Origin: Desulfobulbus propionicus DSM 2032
Lineage (GTDB): Bacteria > Desulfobacterota > Desulfobulbia > Desulfobulbales > Desulfobulbaceae
Length of the DNA: 32,000 nucleotides
Assembly: GCF_000186885.1 (NCBI RefSeq)
Contig: NC_014972.1
Location: forward strand, 2,340,001 to 2,372,000
Reading direction: 5' to 3'
Below, one piece after another: positions 9,417 to 18,057 of the stretch (position 1 is its first letter; every line of letters begins with the position of its first letter). Under the pieces are notes generated by a model, which searched no databases, was not told the origin of the DNA, and saw only the letters and a program-made list of their open reading frames with translations. The position numbers were made by a program, and so were the translations under genes.

Positions 9417-10688
9417 TTACATCGCGGTCTGAGCTGAGGCACCGCCATTCACGTACGCCTCGAATTCATGCCGGAATTTATTCAAGTAACTGCGTGTCGA
9501 CATGGTACAAGCCGCCGAAAGTACGCACACAGTCTTCATTTCGATGTTATCGCACAATTCGGTCAACAGATCGATGTCGGCTATCGTCCCCTCACCGCGG
9601 ATGATTTTCTTGACAATCTTGAGCATCCAACCCAAGCCTTCACGGCAGGGCGTGCATTGCCCGCAGGACTCATGGTGGTAAAAATAGATGAGATTCTCTA
9701 CCAGCTTCACCATGTCGACCGTATCGTCGAGCACAACAATTCCCCCCGAACCAAACATGGTTTTGTGGGCCGCCATTGACTCGTAGTCCAAGGTCACGGT
9801 TTGGGCTTCTTCTGGCGTCAGGACAGGAGTAGAGCTTCCACCGGGAATAACCCCTTTGAGCTTGCGCCCATCTCGCACACCACCTGCAACCTTGTCAATC
9901 ACCTCAAGCAGAGGCAACCCCAAGGGAAGTTCGTACATGCCCGGTTTCTTGACCAGACCGGAGATGCCGAACAGATGGGTTCCAGGGCTTTTTTCCGTAC
10001 CATAGGCTTTGTATGCATCCGATCCATTGGCCAAAATGAACGGTAACGAAGCAATACTCTGGACGTTGTTGATGATCGTCGGGCAACCATATAGTCCCTC
10101 GACTGCGGGAAACGGCGGTTTACTGCGTGGTTGCCCCTTACGCCCCTCGATGGATTCCAGCAAGGCGGTTTCTTCACCGCAGACATAGGCGCCTGCGCCG
10201 CGATGCACGGTCACATCGAGTTTATAGTCCTTACCGGCGATGGTATCGCCGAGATACCCGGCGGCATACGCCTCGTCGATGGCAGCTTGAAGGGCCTTGA
10301 CTTGAGTGGTGTATTCACCGCGGATATAGATATAAGCCGCATGGCTTTTGATCGCGTAACAGCAGATGATGATTCCCTCAATCAGCATATGCGGATCACG
10401 GACCAAAATATAGCGGTCTTTGAAGGTCGCCGGCTCGGATTCGTCGGAGTTTACAGCCAAATACACCGGTTTATCGATGTTTTTCGGCAAAAAACTCCAC
10501 TTCAGTCCGGTGGGAAAGCCGGCACCACCGCGCCCTCTTAACCCGCTAGCCTTCACCAATTCAATCACCTCTTCGGGTTGCATGGCAAAGACTTTGTCCA
10601 ACGTGGCGTATGCCCCATGTTCCTTGGCGACTTCAATCTTGTGGGCGTCCGGTATATCAAATCGTGCACTCAGTACTTTTACTTGCAT
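9417..10688 (-). CDS. nuoF: NADH-quinone oxidoreductase subunit F (NADH/FMN-binding)
   Basis: 423 aa. Motifs: GLRGRGGAGFPTGLKW and ESCGQCTPCREG. RBS AAGGAGAG. Confidence 0.95.
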   Translation of the reverse strand: MQVKVLSARFDIPDAHKIEVAKEHGAYATLDKVFAMQPEEVIELVKASGLRGRGGAGFPTGLKWSFLPKNIDKPVYLAVNSDESEPATFKDRYILVRDPHMLIEGIIICCYAIKSHAAYIYIRGEYTTQVKALQAAIDEAYAAGYLGDTIAGKDYKLDVTVHRGAGAYVCGEETALLESIEGRKGQPRSKPPFPAVEGLYGCPTIINNVQSIASLPFILANGSDAYKAYGTEKSPGTHLFGISGLVKKPGMYELPLGLPLLEVIDKVAGGVRDGRKLKGVIPGGSSTPVLTPEEAQTVTLDYESMAAHKTMFGSGGIVVLDDTVDMVKLVENLIYFYHHESCGQCTPCREGLGWMLKIVKKIIRGEGTIADIDLLTELCDNIEMKTVCVLSAACTMSTRSYLNKFRHEFEAYVNGGASAQTAM

Positions 10689-10702
10689 ATCGTTCGCTCT
10701 CC

Positions 10703-11209
10703 TTATTTCAGCGTGGCCAAGAGTTCTTTGAGTTTGTCCACATTCATGTTCTCGTAGAACTCACCATTGACCTGAACCACGGGAGCGGTGCCGCAGTGCC
10801 CCAGACATTCCACCTCTTCGAGACTGAACTCTCCGTCAGCGCTGACGTCTCCGGGTTTGATGCCCAATTCCTGTTGTAAATAGTCGACGATTTCCTGTTT
10901 TCCCAGGAGGTAACAGGACAGGGTTCGACAGACACAGATATGATACTTGCCCTTGGGTTGCAGGTTGTACATGGTGTAAAAAGTGGCAGCCTCGTACACC
11001 ATACTGGCAAAGGTCCCTATGCGATCAGCGATATAGGCCATGGCTTCAGCACTAATCCACCCCTCCTGCTCTTGAACAAGCCACAGGGAAGGAAGTATCA
11101 GAGACTCACGGGTGGGATAGCGTTTGGCCAACCGTTCAAACTCGGCATCGCGTTGCGCATCAAAAGCGAACGGTTTTCCCGTTTCTATTAGCTGTGATCG
11201 ATCACTCAT
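10703..11209 (-). CDS. nuoE: NADH-quinone oxidoreductase subunit E (thioredoxin-like 2Fe-2S)
   Basis: 168 aa. CRTLSC ... CLGHCGTAP cysteine pattern. 4-nt overlap with the nuoCD stop. Confidence 0.93.
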   Translation of the reverse strand: MSDRSQLIETGKPFAFDAQRDAEFERLAKRYPTRESLILPSLWLVQEQEGWISAEAMAYIADRIGTFASMVYEAATFYTMYNLQPKGKYHICVCRTLSCYLLGKQEIVDYLQQELGIKPGDVSADGEFSLEEVECLGHCGTAPVVQVNGEFYENMNVDKLKELLATLK

Positions 11210-12921
11210 CTGTCCAACTCTCCGCCGATAATGTTGATGCTGCCGAGATTGATAACTGCGTCCGCAATCATTTCCCCCTCGACCATTTCATGGAATCCAC
11301 CCATCATATAGAAGCACGGCGGGCGAACCTTGCACTTATACGGTTTTCCGGAGCCATCGGAGACAAAGTAAAAACCGAGTTCACCATTGGCAGCTTCGAA
11401 GGAATCATACCATTCTCCAGCAGGAGCCTTGACACCTTCAAAGACCAGCTTGAAGTGACTGGCCAAACCTTCGATGTTGGAATAGACTTCCGTTTTCGGA
11501 GGCAAGAATACGTTATTATTACTAATATTAACCGATCCAGCAGGTATCATCTTCATAGCTTGGCGGATGATACTGATGCTTTGGAAAATTTCTTCGTACC
11601 GGATCATAATCCGGTCATAGATATCCCCCTTGGAGCCAAGAGGAATGGTGAAATCAAACGCATCGTAATGGTAGTACGGGTTATCCTTGCGCAAATCAAA
11701 CGGCACCCCACTGGCCCGGAGGCATGGTCCAGTGAAGCCATACGACAAGGCCTTATCGGCCGGCATAACGCAAACATTTTGCGTTCTATCATGGACAATG
11801 CGGTTCTTGAGCACCAGCTTCAGCGAATCGTTGACTCCCTTTTCGATATCGCACAACTGCTTCTCCATGTCCGCTTCCCAACCCTCGTAAAAATCACGGT
11901 ACATGCCACCGATTCGAGTGAATGAACTGGTTAGGCGGGCACCGGTCAAACGGCTGATGAAATCGTAGGAGGCCTCCTTCTCATTATACAGATACCAGTA
12001 GTTGGTCAAACCACCCATATCAACCAAGTTAGCGGCAATACAGACCAAATGGTCCTGCACCCGGAAAAACTCGGCGAGAATGACCCGCATGAATTTGGCC
12101 CGCTCGGTAATATCTATCCCGAGCCAGGATTCCACCGCCTTGGCGTAAGCGATGTTGTTCATCAGGGCTGAACAATAATTGAGCCTGTCGGTGAGTGGAA
12201 TAACCTGGTTATAGGTTCGATTTTCTGCAGTTTTTTCGAAACCGCGATGCAGATAACCGATTTCGTTGACATTGGCGAGAATAGTCTCTCCATCAAGAGC
12301 AGTCAAAATGCGGATGGCGCCATGGGTCGCCGGATGGGAGGGACCAAGATTGAGATACATGATCTCGGTATGAATATCCTCCATCAGGGTCTGATCAACA
12401 CCATTCTGCTGCAATCGCGCCTTGATTTCTTTTTCCAGACTATCGCTTTCGTAACAGATCTGACCTTGTTCGATCGGATAATCCTTCCGCAACGGATGTC
12501 CCTGAAATTGCCAATGATTGAGAATCCTGCGCAGATCGGGATGCCCTTGAAAAACGATGCCGTACTGGTCGTAGGTCTCGCGTTCGCCCCAGTTGGCAGA
12601 ATCCCACAAGCCGGTGGCGGTGGGTATACCCACCTCGGGGTCAGCTACCGGGACCCTCACCTGCACCAGCCGATTCTGTTCCCAATTACGGAGGGTATAG
12701 ACAACAAAAAAACGTGCCTCGTGCCACTCGGGATAGTTGAGATAGTCAACCGCGGTAACATCAAGCAGCAGACTGAAGTTGAGTGTGGGATCATTTTTCA
12801 GGCGAGAAAGCGTTTTTTCGAGGTACTCTGGTTGCACGGTAAGAACCACAGAATCGATTGTTGCCGTGCAGGGCGCCTCCGGAAACGCGGCCTGGATAAG
12901 TTCTAGCGCCGTCGTATTCAT
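11206..12921 (-). CDS. nuoCD: Fused NADH-quinone oxidoreductase subunit C/D
   Basis: A single ORF. The N-terminal part is NuoC-like (ERETYDQYGIVFQGHPDLRRIL). The rest is NuoD-like, starting at MYLNLGPSHPATHGAIRI. The ORF-track start at 12927 is a TTG overlapping the nuoB stop; I prefer the ATG at 12921 (MNTTALE...). Confidence 0.92.
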   Translation of the reverse strand: MNTTALELIQAAFPEAPCTATIDSVVLTVQPEYLEKTLSRLKNDPTLNFSLLLDVTAVDYLNYPEWHEARFFVVYTLRNWEQNRLVQVRVPVADPEVGIPTATGLWDSANWGERETYDQYGIVFQGHPDLRRILNHWQFQGHPLRKDYPIEQGQICYESDSLEKEIKARLQQNGVDQTLMEDIHTEIMYLNLGPSHPATHGAIRILTALDGETILANVNEIGYLHRGFEKTAENRTYNQVIPLTDRLNYCSALMNNIAYAKAVESWLGIDITERAKFMRVILAEFFRVQDHLVCIAANLVDMGGLTNYWYLYNEKEASYDFISRLTGARLTSSFTRIGGMYRDFYEGWEADMEKQLCDIEKGVNDSLKLVLKNRIVHDRTQNVCVMPADKALSYGFTGPCLRASGVPFDLRKDNPYYHYDAFDFTIPLGSKGDIYDRIMIRYEEIFQSISIIRQAMKMIPAGSVNISNNNVFLPPKTEVYSNIEGLASHFKLVFEGVKAPAGEWYDSFEAANGELGFYFVSDGSGKPYKCKVRPPCFYMMGGFHEMVEGEMIADAVINLGSINIIGGELDR

Positions 12922-12923
12922 AA

Positions 12924-13436
12924 TCAATCGAGAATCCCCTTGAAATCTTTGTGGCGATCGTTAAGCACACTTTCACCCTTGATTTTGTCCTGGATCTTCA
13001 TCAACGCATCCAGAACAGCCTCGGGCCGCGGAGGACATCCTGAGATGTAAACATCCACAGGAATAATCGTGTCAATACCCTGCACGGTGCAATAGTTGTC
13101 ATAAACACCGCCAGAACTGGCACACGCCCCCATGGCCACGACCCATTTGGGCTCGGGCATTTGTTCATAAATTCGTTTGAGAATCGGCGCCTGCTTATAA
13201 CTAATGGTCCCGCACACGAGCAACAGATCGGCCTGACGGGGAGAAAATCGAACAACCTCAGCGCCCCATCGGGAAATATCGAGTTGACTTGCGGCGGCAC
13301 TCATGAATTCGATCGCGCAGCAGGCGGTTCCGAATACAAACGGCCACAGAGAGTACTCACGCCCCCAATTGATGACTGCATCCAGCTTGGTGGTAAGTAC
13401 CGAATCACCTAGACTTGCTTCTAATCCTAACGCCAA
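12924..13436 (-). CDS. nuoB: NADH-quinone oxidoreductase subunit B
   Basis: 170 aa. Motifs: CCAIEFM, GACASSGG, SGCPPRPE. The start codon is TTG at 13436, preceded by AAAGGGGTG. 10-nt overlap with nuoA. Confidence 0.92.
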   Translation of the reverse strand: MALGLEASLGDSVLTTKLDAVINWGREYSLWPFVFGTACCAIEFMSAAASQLDISRWGAEVVRFSPRQADLLLVCGTISYKQAPILKRIYEQMPEPKWVVAMGACASSGGVYDNYCTVQGIDTIIPVDVYISGCPPRPEAVLDALMKIQDKIKGESVLNDRHKDFKGILD

Positions 13437-13786
13437 TTGAGCACCCCTTTCTTGATGATATAAATAAGACCGGTCAAAAGCAGCGCCATGAACACCACCA
13501 TTTCAGTGAATCCAAACCAGCCCAGCTCGCGCACACTAACCGCCCACGGATACATGAACACTGCCTCTATATCAAACAAAAGAAACAGAATGGCGAGCAG
13601 ATAAAATTTGACACTGAATTTCTGCTCTGCCAAACCAATCATGCGTTTGACGCCGCTCTCGTATGGATCATTCTTTGCCCTGCCACCGGCTCGGGGCCCG
13701 AAGACCGTTGTTACCAGCATGAACAGCGGCACAACGAGAGCAATTCCAATGAGGGCGATTGCTGAAAGTACCAGTTCCGTTACCAT
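13427..13786 (-). CDS. nuoA: NADH-quinone oxidoreductase subunit A (ND3-like)
   Basis: 119-aa three-helix membrane ORF and first gene of the cluster. Motif FLLFDIEAVFMYPWA. RBS AGGGAGAG. Confidence 0.9.
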   Translation of the reverse strand: MVTELVLSAIALIGIALVVPLFMLVTTVFGPRAGGRAKNDPYESGVKRMIGLAEQKFSVKFYLLAILFLLFDIEAVFMYPWAVSVRELGWFGFTEMVVFMALLLTGLIYIIKKGVLNWR

Positions 13787-13874
13787 GAATTAGACTCTCC
13801 CTTTGACGTGATAAAAATAAGCGAAACCTTCTGTGAACAGCAGGTTAGTATAGATAATGAAAATGAACGGCTAT

Positions 13875-13903
13875 TCATTACCGACCCGACTATCATCTGT
13901 CAA
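13875..13903 (-). promoter_or_regulatory. Candidate sigma70 promoter of the nuo operon
   Basis: The minus strand reads TTGACA (13903-13898), a 17-nt spacer, then TAATGA (13880-13875). This lies about 90 nt upstream of the nuoA ATG. The -35 element sits inside a 7-bp inverted repeat at 13898-13922. Confidence 0.4.
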
Positions 13904-14480
13904 GAAAAATAGTTCCTTGACAATGGAGTCGAATTCCTTAACCCCCACCAGGACACAAATCCTGAGCTAAGTATTCAAAATGTGCAAATTGACCAAAATC
14001 GATCATCTTTTTTATTTAACCTTCCCTCCGAATATCTATTATTTTCACCTCCCTTCTTGTGCATTGCTGTTTATCACCCTTTGCCAATAAACCAACAACA
14101 GGCCACTGGTCAATCTGCCCAATTCGCACACCTCTTATTGCGTTTCGGACCATCACCGTCCAAGGATCCCTTGGGAGGGGCTCCACCGCCGGACCGTCGC
14201 GACAAATGCTATCCAACCTCATTGCTTCCGATTGGTTAGGCGTCCAGCCGTTGAAATAAAAAGCCTCGCGTCAACACGATTAACCACGAGAAGCGCGGCT
14301 ACTTCCAAGAGGGGAGCCAAAAAACTCGATACACTTCCTTCTTGAGCGGTTAGCGAGCCTAGGTCAAGAGGGTGAAACATCAAATACTCGCGACGGTTCG
14401 GCCCTCTGGCGCAACGGCGTTCAACCCGCCAACAGCCAATCCCGTCGAACCCTTCAGCAACAGACCCGTCAAGAAACTAG

Positions 14481-14529
14481 CAAAAAATACGCAATAAAGC
14501 CCGGATGGATCACAGATTCACCCGGGCTT
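14481..14529 (-). terminator. Candidate rho-independent terminator after ssb
   Basis: On the minus strand, AAGCCCGG ... CCGGGCTT forms an 8-bp stem (14529-14522 / 14504-14497) with a partly self-pairing 17-nt loop. It is followed by TATTGCGTATTTTTT. It starts 26 nt after the ssb stop. Confidence 0.45.
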
Positions 14530-14554
14530 CATGTCCTCGTATTCCGCCATCGGC

Positions 14555-14980
14555 CTAAAACGGCACATCATCTCCCATGGGCGGCGGCTCGGGAAAAGGA
14601 TCGCCACCGTACCCCGCTCCACCTCCTCCATATTCGCCTCCACCGGACGCGGCGACTCTCGGTGAGAGCATTTTCATCTCTCGAGCCACGATTTCAGTGG
14701 TATAGCGGTCATTCCCGTTCTGGTCCTTCCATTTCCTCGTCTGCAACTTCCCCTCGATGTACACCTTGGACCCCTTCGAAAGATACTCACCACAGATCTC
14801 CGCCAACCGCTGCCAAGCCACGACTCTGTGCCATTCGGTCTGCTCCTGAACCTGACCGTCCTGTCCTTTGCGTCTTTCCGTGGTCGCCATGGTAAATGTT
14901 GCCACCGGCGTTCCGTTCTGGGTATAGCGGATTTCAGGATCAGCACCCAAATTACCGATTAATATCACTTTGTTGATCAT
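14555..14980 (-). CDS. ssb: Single-stranded DNA-binding protein
   Basis: 141 aa. OB-fold N-terminus ([20 protein letters not shown]...WHRVVAW), a Gly-rich linker and an acidic tail ending DDVPF. Confidence 0.93.
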   Translation of the reverse strand: MINKVILIGNLGADPEIRYTQNGTPVATFTMATTERRKGQDGQVQEQTEWHRVVAWQRLAEICGEYLSKGSKVYIEGKLQTRKWKDQNGNDRYTTEIVAREMKMLSPRVAASGGGEYGGGGAGYGGDPFPEPPPMGDDVPF

Positions 14981-15139
14981 TGTTCACCTGCGGGTAGAAA
15001 GTATTGCCGAAGATCTCGGCATACTACAACATTGTCCGTTCATGGAATGGTGGCCAATGATAAACCAATCGACAGGTTATTGCAAAACTTGTTGCAGCAT
15101 TCAGCCCGCCGCTGCCCTTTCCCGATAAGCTTTTTCCAT

Positions 15140-15173
15140 GCAATACAAACGGGCATCACGATGACGCCCGTTT
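15140..15173 (-). terminator. Candidate terminator after amtB
   Basis: Perfect 8-bp stem AAACGGGC/GCCCGTTT at 15147-15154 / 15166-15173. On the minus strand the 3' arm runs into TTTGTATT. It begins 24 nt after the amtB stop. Confidence 0.5.
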
Positions 15174-15196
15174 CCCCCCAACCATTCCCAAGGAGA

Positions 15197-16597
15197 TCAA
15201 TAATGATACGCCGACTCACCATGACTGACCGTATCCAGCCCTTCCCGCTCTTCCTCCTCGGTAACCCGCAAACCAATAGTCATATCCACCAGTTTATAGG
15301 CCACGATTGATACCACACCGGACCAGATGATGGTCGTTCCAATGCCCCAGAACTGACTGATCACCTGATTGCCGATGGAGTAGTCAGCCACCTTGTTGGC
15401 AACATAATCATAGATACCGACACCACCCAAAGCCGGATCAGCGAAGATGCCGGTCAACACAGCGCCAAGTATCCCCCCCACTCCATGGACACCGAAAACA
15501 TCAAGCGCATCGTCCGCGCCCAGAAGGCGCTTGAGACCATTGACCCCCCAGAGACAGACGACGCCTGCGGCCAAGCCGATCACCAAGGCGCCACCTATGC
15601 CAACCCAGCCACAAGCAGGAGTGACAGCGACAAGACCGGCAACCGCACCCGAGGCCGCACCCAACATGGACGGCTTCCCTTTCAGTATCCATTCCGCGAA
15701 CGTCCAGGAAAGCGCAGCCGCGGCAGTGGCCAGCATGGTATTACCAAAGGCGAGGGCAGCCAATCCCGTGGCCTCGAGATTTGAACCTGCATTGAAACCA
15801 AACCAGCCAACCCACAGGAGACAGGCGCCAATCATGGTCATGGTCAAGCTGTGCGGTGCCATGGATTCCCTCCCATAGCCGACGCGCTTGCCGACCATGT
15901 AAGCGCCAATCAAACCGGCAATGGCTGCGTTGATATGAACCACCGTGCCACCGGCAAAATCAATGGCTCCTTTCTGAAACAGGAACCCTGCCGTCGAAGC
16001 CGCTCTGGCGCCGGCCTCGGCGTCGGTGTATGCATCTGGACCGGCCCAGTACCAGACCATATGAGCGATCGGCAGATAGGCAAAGGTAAACCACAAAACG
16101 ATAAAGGCGAGCACAGCCGAGAATTTCATCCGTTCCGCGAACGCTCCAATGATCAACGCCGGCGTGATGGCCGCGAAGGTGGCCTGGAAAAAGACATAAA
16201 TCAGCTCCGGAATGACCACGCCTTTACTGAACGTCCCTGCCACTGAATCAATCCCCACTCCCTTGAGCAGCACTTTGCCAAATCCGCCAAAAAAAGCGGT
16301 CCCTTCCGTGAAGGCAACACTGTACCCATAGACCACCCAAAGCACCACACACAGAGAGAAAATCGTGAAGACCTGCATCAATACCGACAGCATGTTTTTG
16401 CTTCGAACCAACCCGCCATAAAACAACGCCAGGCCGGGAATGGTCATCAGGGTCACCAACAGTGTTGCGACAATCATCCACGCAGTGTCCCCCTTTTCAG
16501 GGACAGGAGCAGCGGTTTCGGCAAGGACGGGCATTGCGGCGGCCACCACAGCGATTGCCGCCAAGATCAGAGAAGAGACAACTGTTGATTTCTTCAT
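15197..16597 (-). CDS. amtB: Ammonium transporter (Amt family) with N-terminal signal peptide
   Basis: 466 aa. Signal-like MKKSTVVSSLILAAIAVVAAAMPVLA. Amt signature AIDFAGGTVVHINAAIAGL. Polytopic. RBS AAAGGAG. Starts 17 nt after glnK. Confidence 0.93.
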   Translation of the reverse strand: MKKSTVVSSLILAAIAVVAAAMPVLAETAAPVPEKGDTAWMIVATLLVTLMTIPGLALFYGGLVRSKNMLSVLMQVFTIFSLCVVLWVVYGYSVAFTEGTAFFGGFGKVLLKGVGIDSVAGTFSKGVVIPELIYVFFQATFAAITPALIIGAFAERMKFSAVLAFIVLWFTFAYLPIAHMVWYWAGPDAYTDAEAGARAASTAGFLFQKGAIDFAGGTVVHINAAIAGLIGAYMVGKRVGYGRESMAPHSLTMTMIGACLLWVGWFGFNAGSNLEATGLAALAFGNTMLATAAAALSWTFAEWILKGKPSMLGAASGAVAGLVAVTPACGWVGIGGALVIGLAAGVVCLWGVNGLKRLLGADDALDVFGVHGVGGILGAVLTGIFADPALGGVGIYDYVANKVADYSIGNQVISQFWGIGTTIIWSGVVSIVAYKLVDMTIGLRVTEEEEREGLDTVSHGESAYHY

Positions 16598-16614
16598 GGA
16601 CGAACTCCTTTCGG

Positions 16615-17046
<432 letters not shown>

Positions 17047-17262
17047 TTAGCGATGTCGACCAAGAAGAATTCCCGTCGAAACGGCTATCGATTTCACTTC
17101 ATTTTCAGCGTCGCGGACCCCTGTTTGCCCCGGTTTTCATGAACCCGCCGCACTCGATGCGTGCCCGCAACCCACCCACTTTCTTGTTTGCCTCCTTTTT
17201 CCTTCGATATTGCGCTGTTGCATGGTTATACATTTCACTCGTTTTACTCGGTACAATGTACT

Positions 17263-17278
17263 AGCACTTTTAATGCCA
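17263..17278 (-). promoter_or_regulatory. Candidate sigma54 (-24/-12) promoter for glnK-amtB
   Basis: The minus strand reads TGGCAT-TAAAA-GTGCT, giving GG-N10-GC spacing identical to the TGGCAC-N5-TTGC consensus. It lies about 310 nt upstream of the glnK ATG. Confidence 0.45.
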
Positions 17279-17299
17279 AAAAATAACAACAACGCAAAT

Positions 17300-17410
17300 A
17301 ATTGAAAATTAAATGAATAATACCATTTATCCGCACAACCGCTCACCCTTTAACAAATTTAATCTTCCTATTGTCATTTTTTATAAAAATAACTTACAAA
17401 ATTGAAAATT
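17300..17410. promoter_or_regulatory. AT-rich divergent control region with two copies of AATTGAAAATT
   Basis: Identical 11-mers at 17300-17310 and 17400-17410, exactly 100 bp apart, lying between the glnK and hoxE starts. The surrounding ~150 bp is far more AT-rich than the rest of the window. Confidence 0.3.
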
Positions 17411-17556
17411 TATCTGCAAAAACGATCATCGAAACCATCAAGGGAAAACAGCAACAGGACAAAAGAAGCGTTGCGCTGATCAGCAAAAATGGGAAAAGAT
17501 GAAAAGCAACGAGTTGATTTTTCAGCTCTCATCTCCTTTCCCAGGAGGCTCATCGC

Positions 17557-18057
17557 ATGTGCGACAATCATTCCCGCCATTCGGTCGACACGCGGCAACG
17601 ACAAGCCATCGATCGAACCATTCACCGCCATGACTTTCGCCCGGATGCCCTGATCGAGACCTTGCACACCGCCCAGGAAACCCTGGGCTATCTGGATCGG
17701 GATACCTTGGCTTACATTGCGGAAAAACTCAAAATTCCTCCAGCCAGGGTCTTTGGTGTGGCCACGTTTTACAATCACTTCAGACTGAAACCCAAAGGAA
17801 ACCATACGTTGGCCGTGTGCACCGGCACCGCATGCCATGTGAAGGGTAACGATCAAATACTCGCCTGGCTGGGTGAGCAGTACCATCTGCGCCCCGGAGA
17901 AACCACTCCCGACAACCATCTCTCCCTTGTGGAAGTCCGATGTGTCGGCGCCTGCGCCCTCGCGCCCGTGATCGTTTCCGACGGCGAACTCATTGGAAAA
18001 AAGAACTTTGACGAGGCAATTCGCCTCATTAAGGAGTGGATTGGCGATGCAACGTGA
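17557..18057 (+). CDS. hoxE: Bidirectional [NiFe] hydrogenase diaphorase subunit HoxE (NuoE-like 2Fe-2S)
   Basis: 166 aa. NuoE-like cysteine pattern (CTGTAC ... CVGACALAP). RBS AGGAGG. First gene of a hoxEFUYH-ordered cluster. Confidence 0.88.
   Translation: MCDNHSRHSVDTRQRQAIDRTIHRHDFRPDALIETLHTAQETLGYLDRDTLAYIAEKLKIPPARVFGVATFYNHFRLKPKGNHTLAVCTGTACHVKGNDQILAWLGEQYHLRPGETTPDNHLSLVEVRCVGACALAPVIVSDGELIGKKNFDEAIRLIKEWIGDAT

Noticed and set aside
11194-12906. Plus-strand ORFs 11194-11925 (243 aa) and 12247-12906 (219 aa)
   Set aside because: They are antisense to nuoCD and have no independent start signals or motifs.
13982-14259. Three overlapping 66-85-aa ORFs in the nuoA-ssb gap
   Set aside because: They have no RBS, mutually overlap on both strands, and are Pro/Leu/Ser-rich with odd composition. 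They are treated as non-coding.
14416-14430. GGCG-TTCAACC-CGCC, a tRNA T-arm-like hairpin
   Set aside because: No complementary acceptor stem, D-arm or anticodon arm could be built from the flanking about 80 nt on either side.
15032-15310. 92-aa plus-strand ORF between ssb and amtB
   Set aside because: It runs through the amtB terminator hairpin and into the antisense of the amtB 3' end. It has no start signals.
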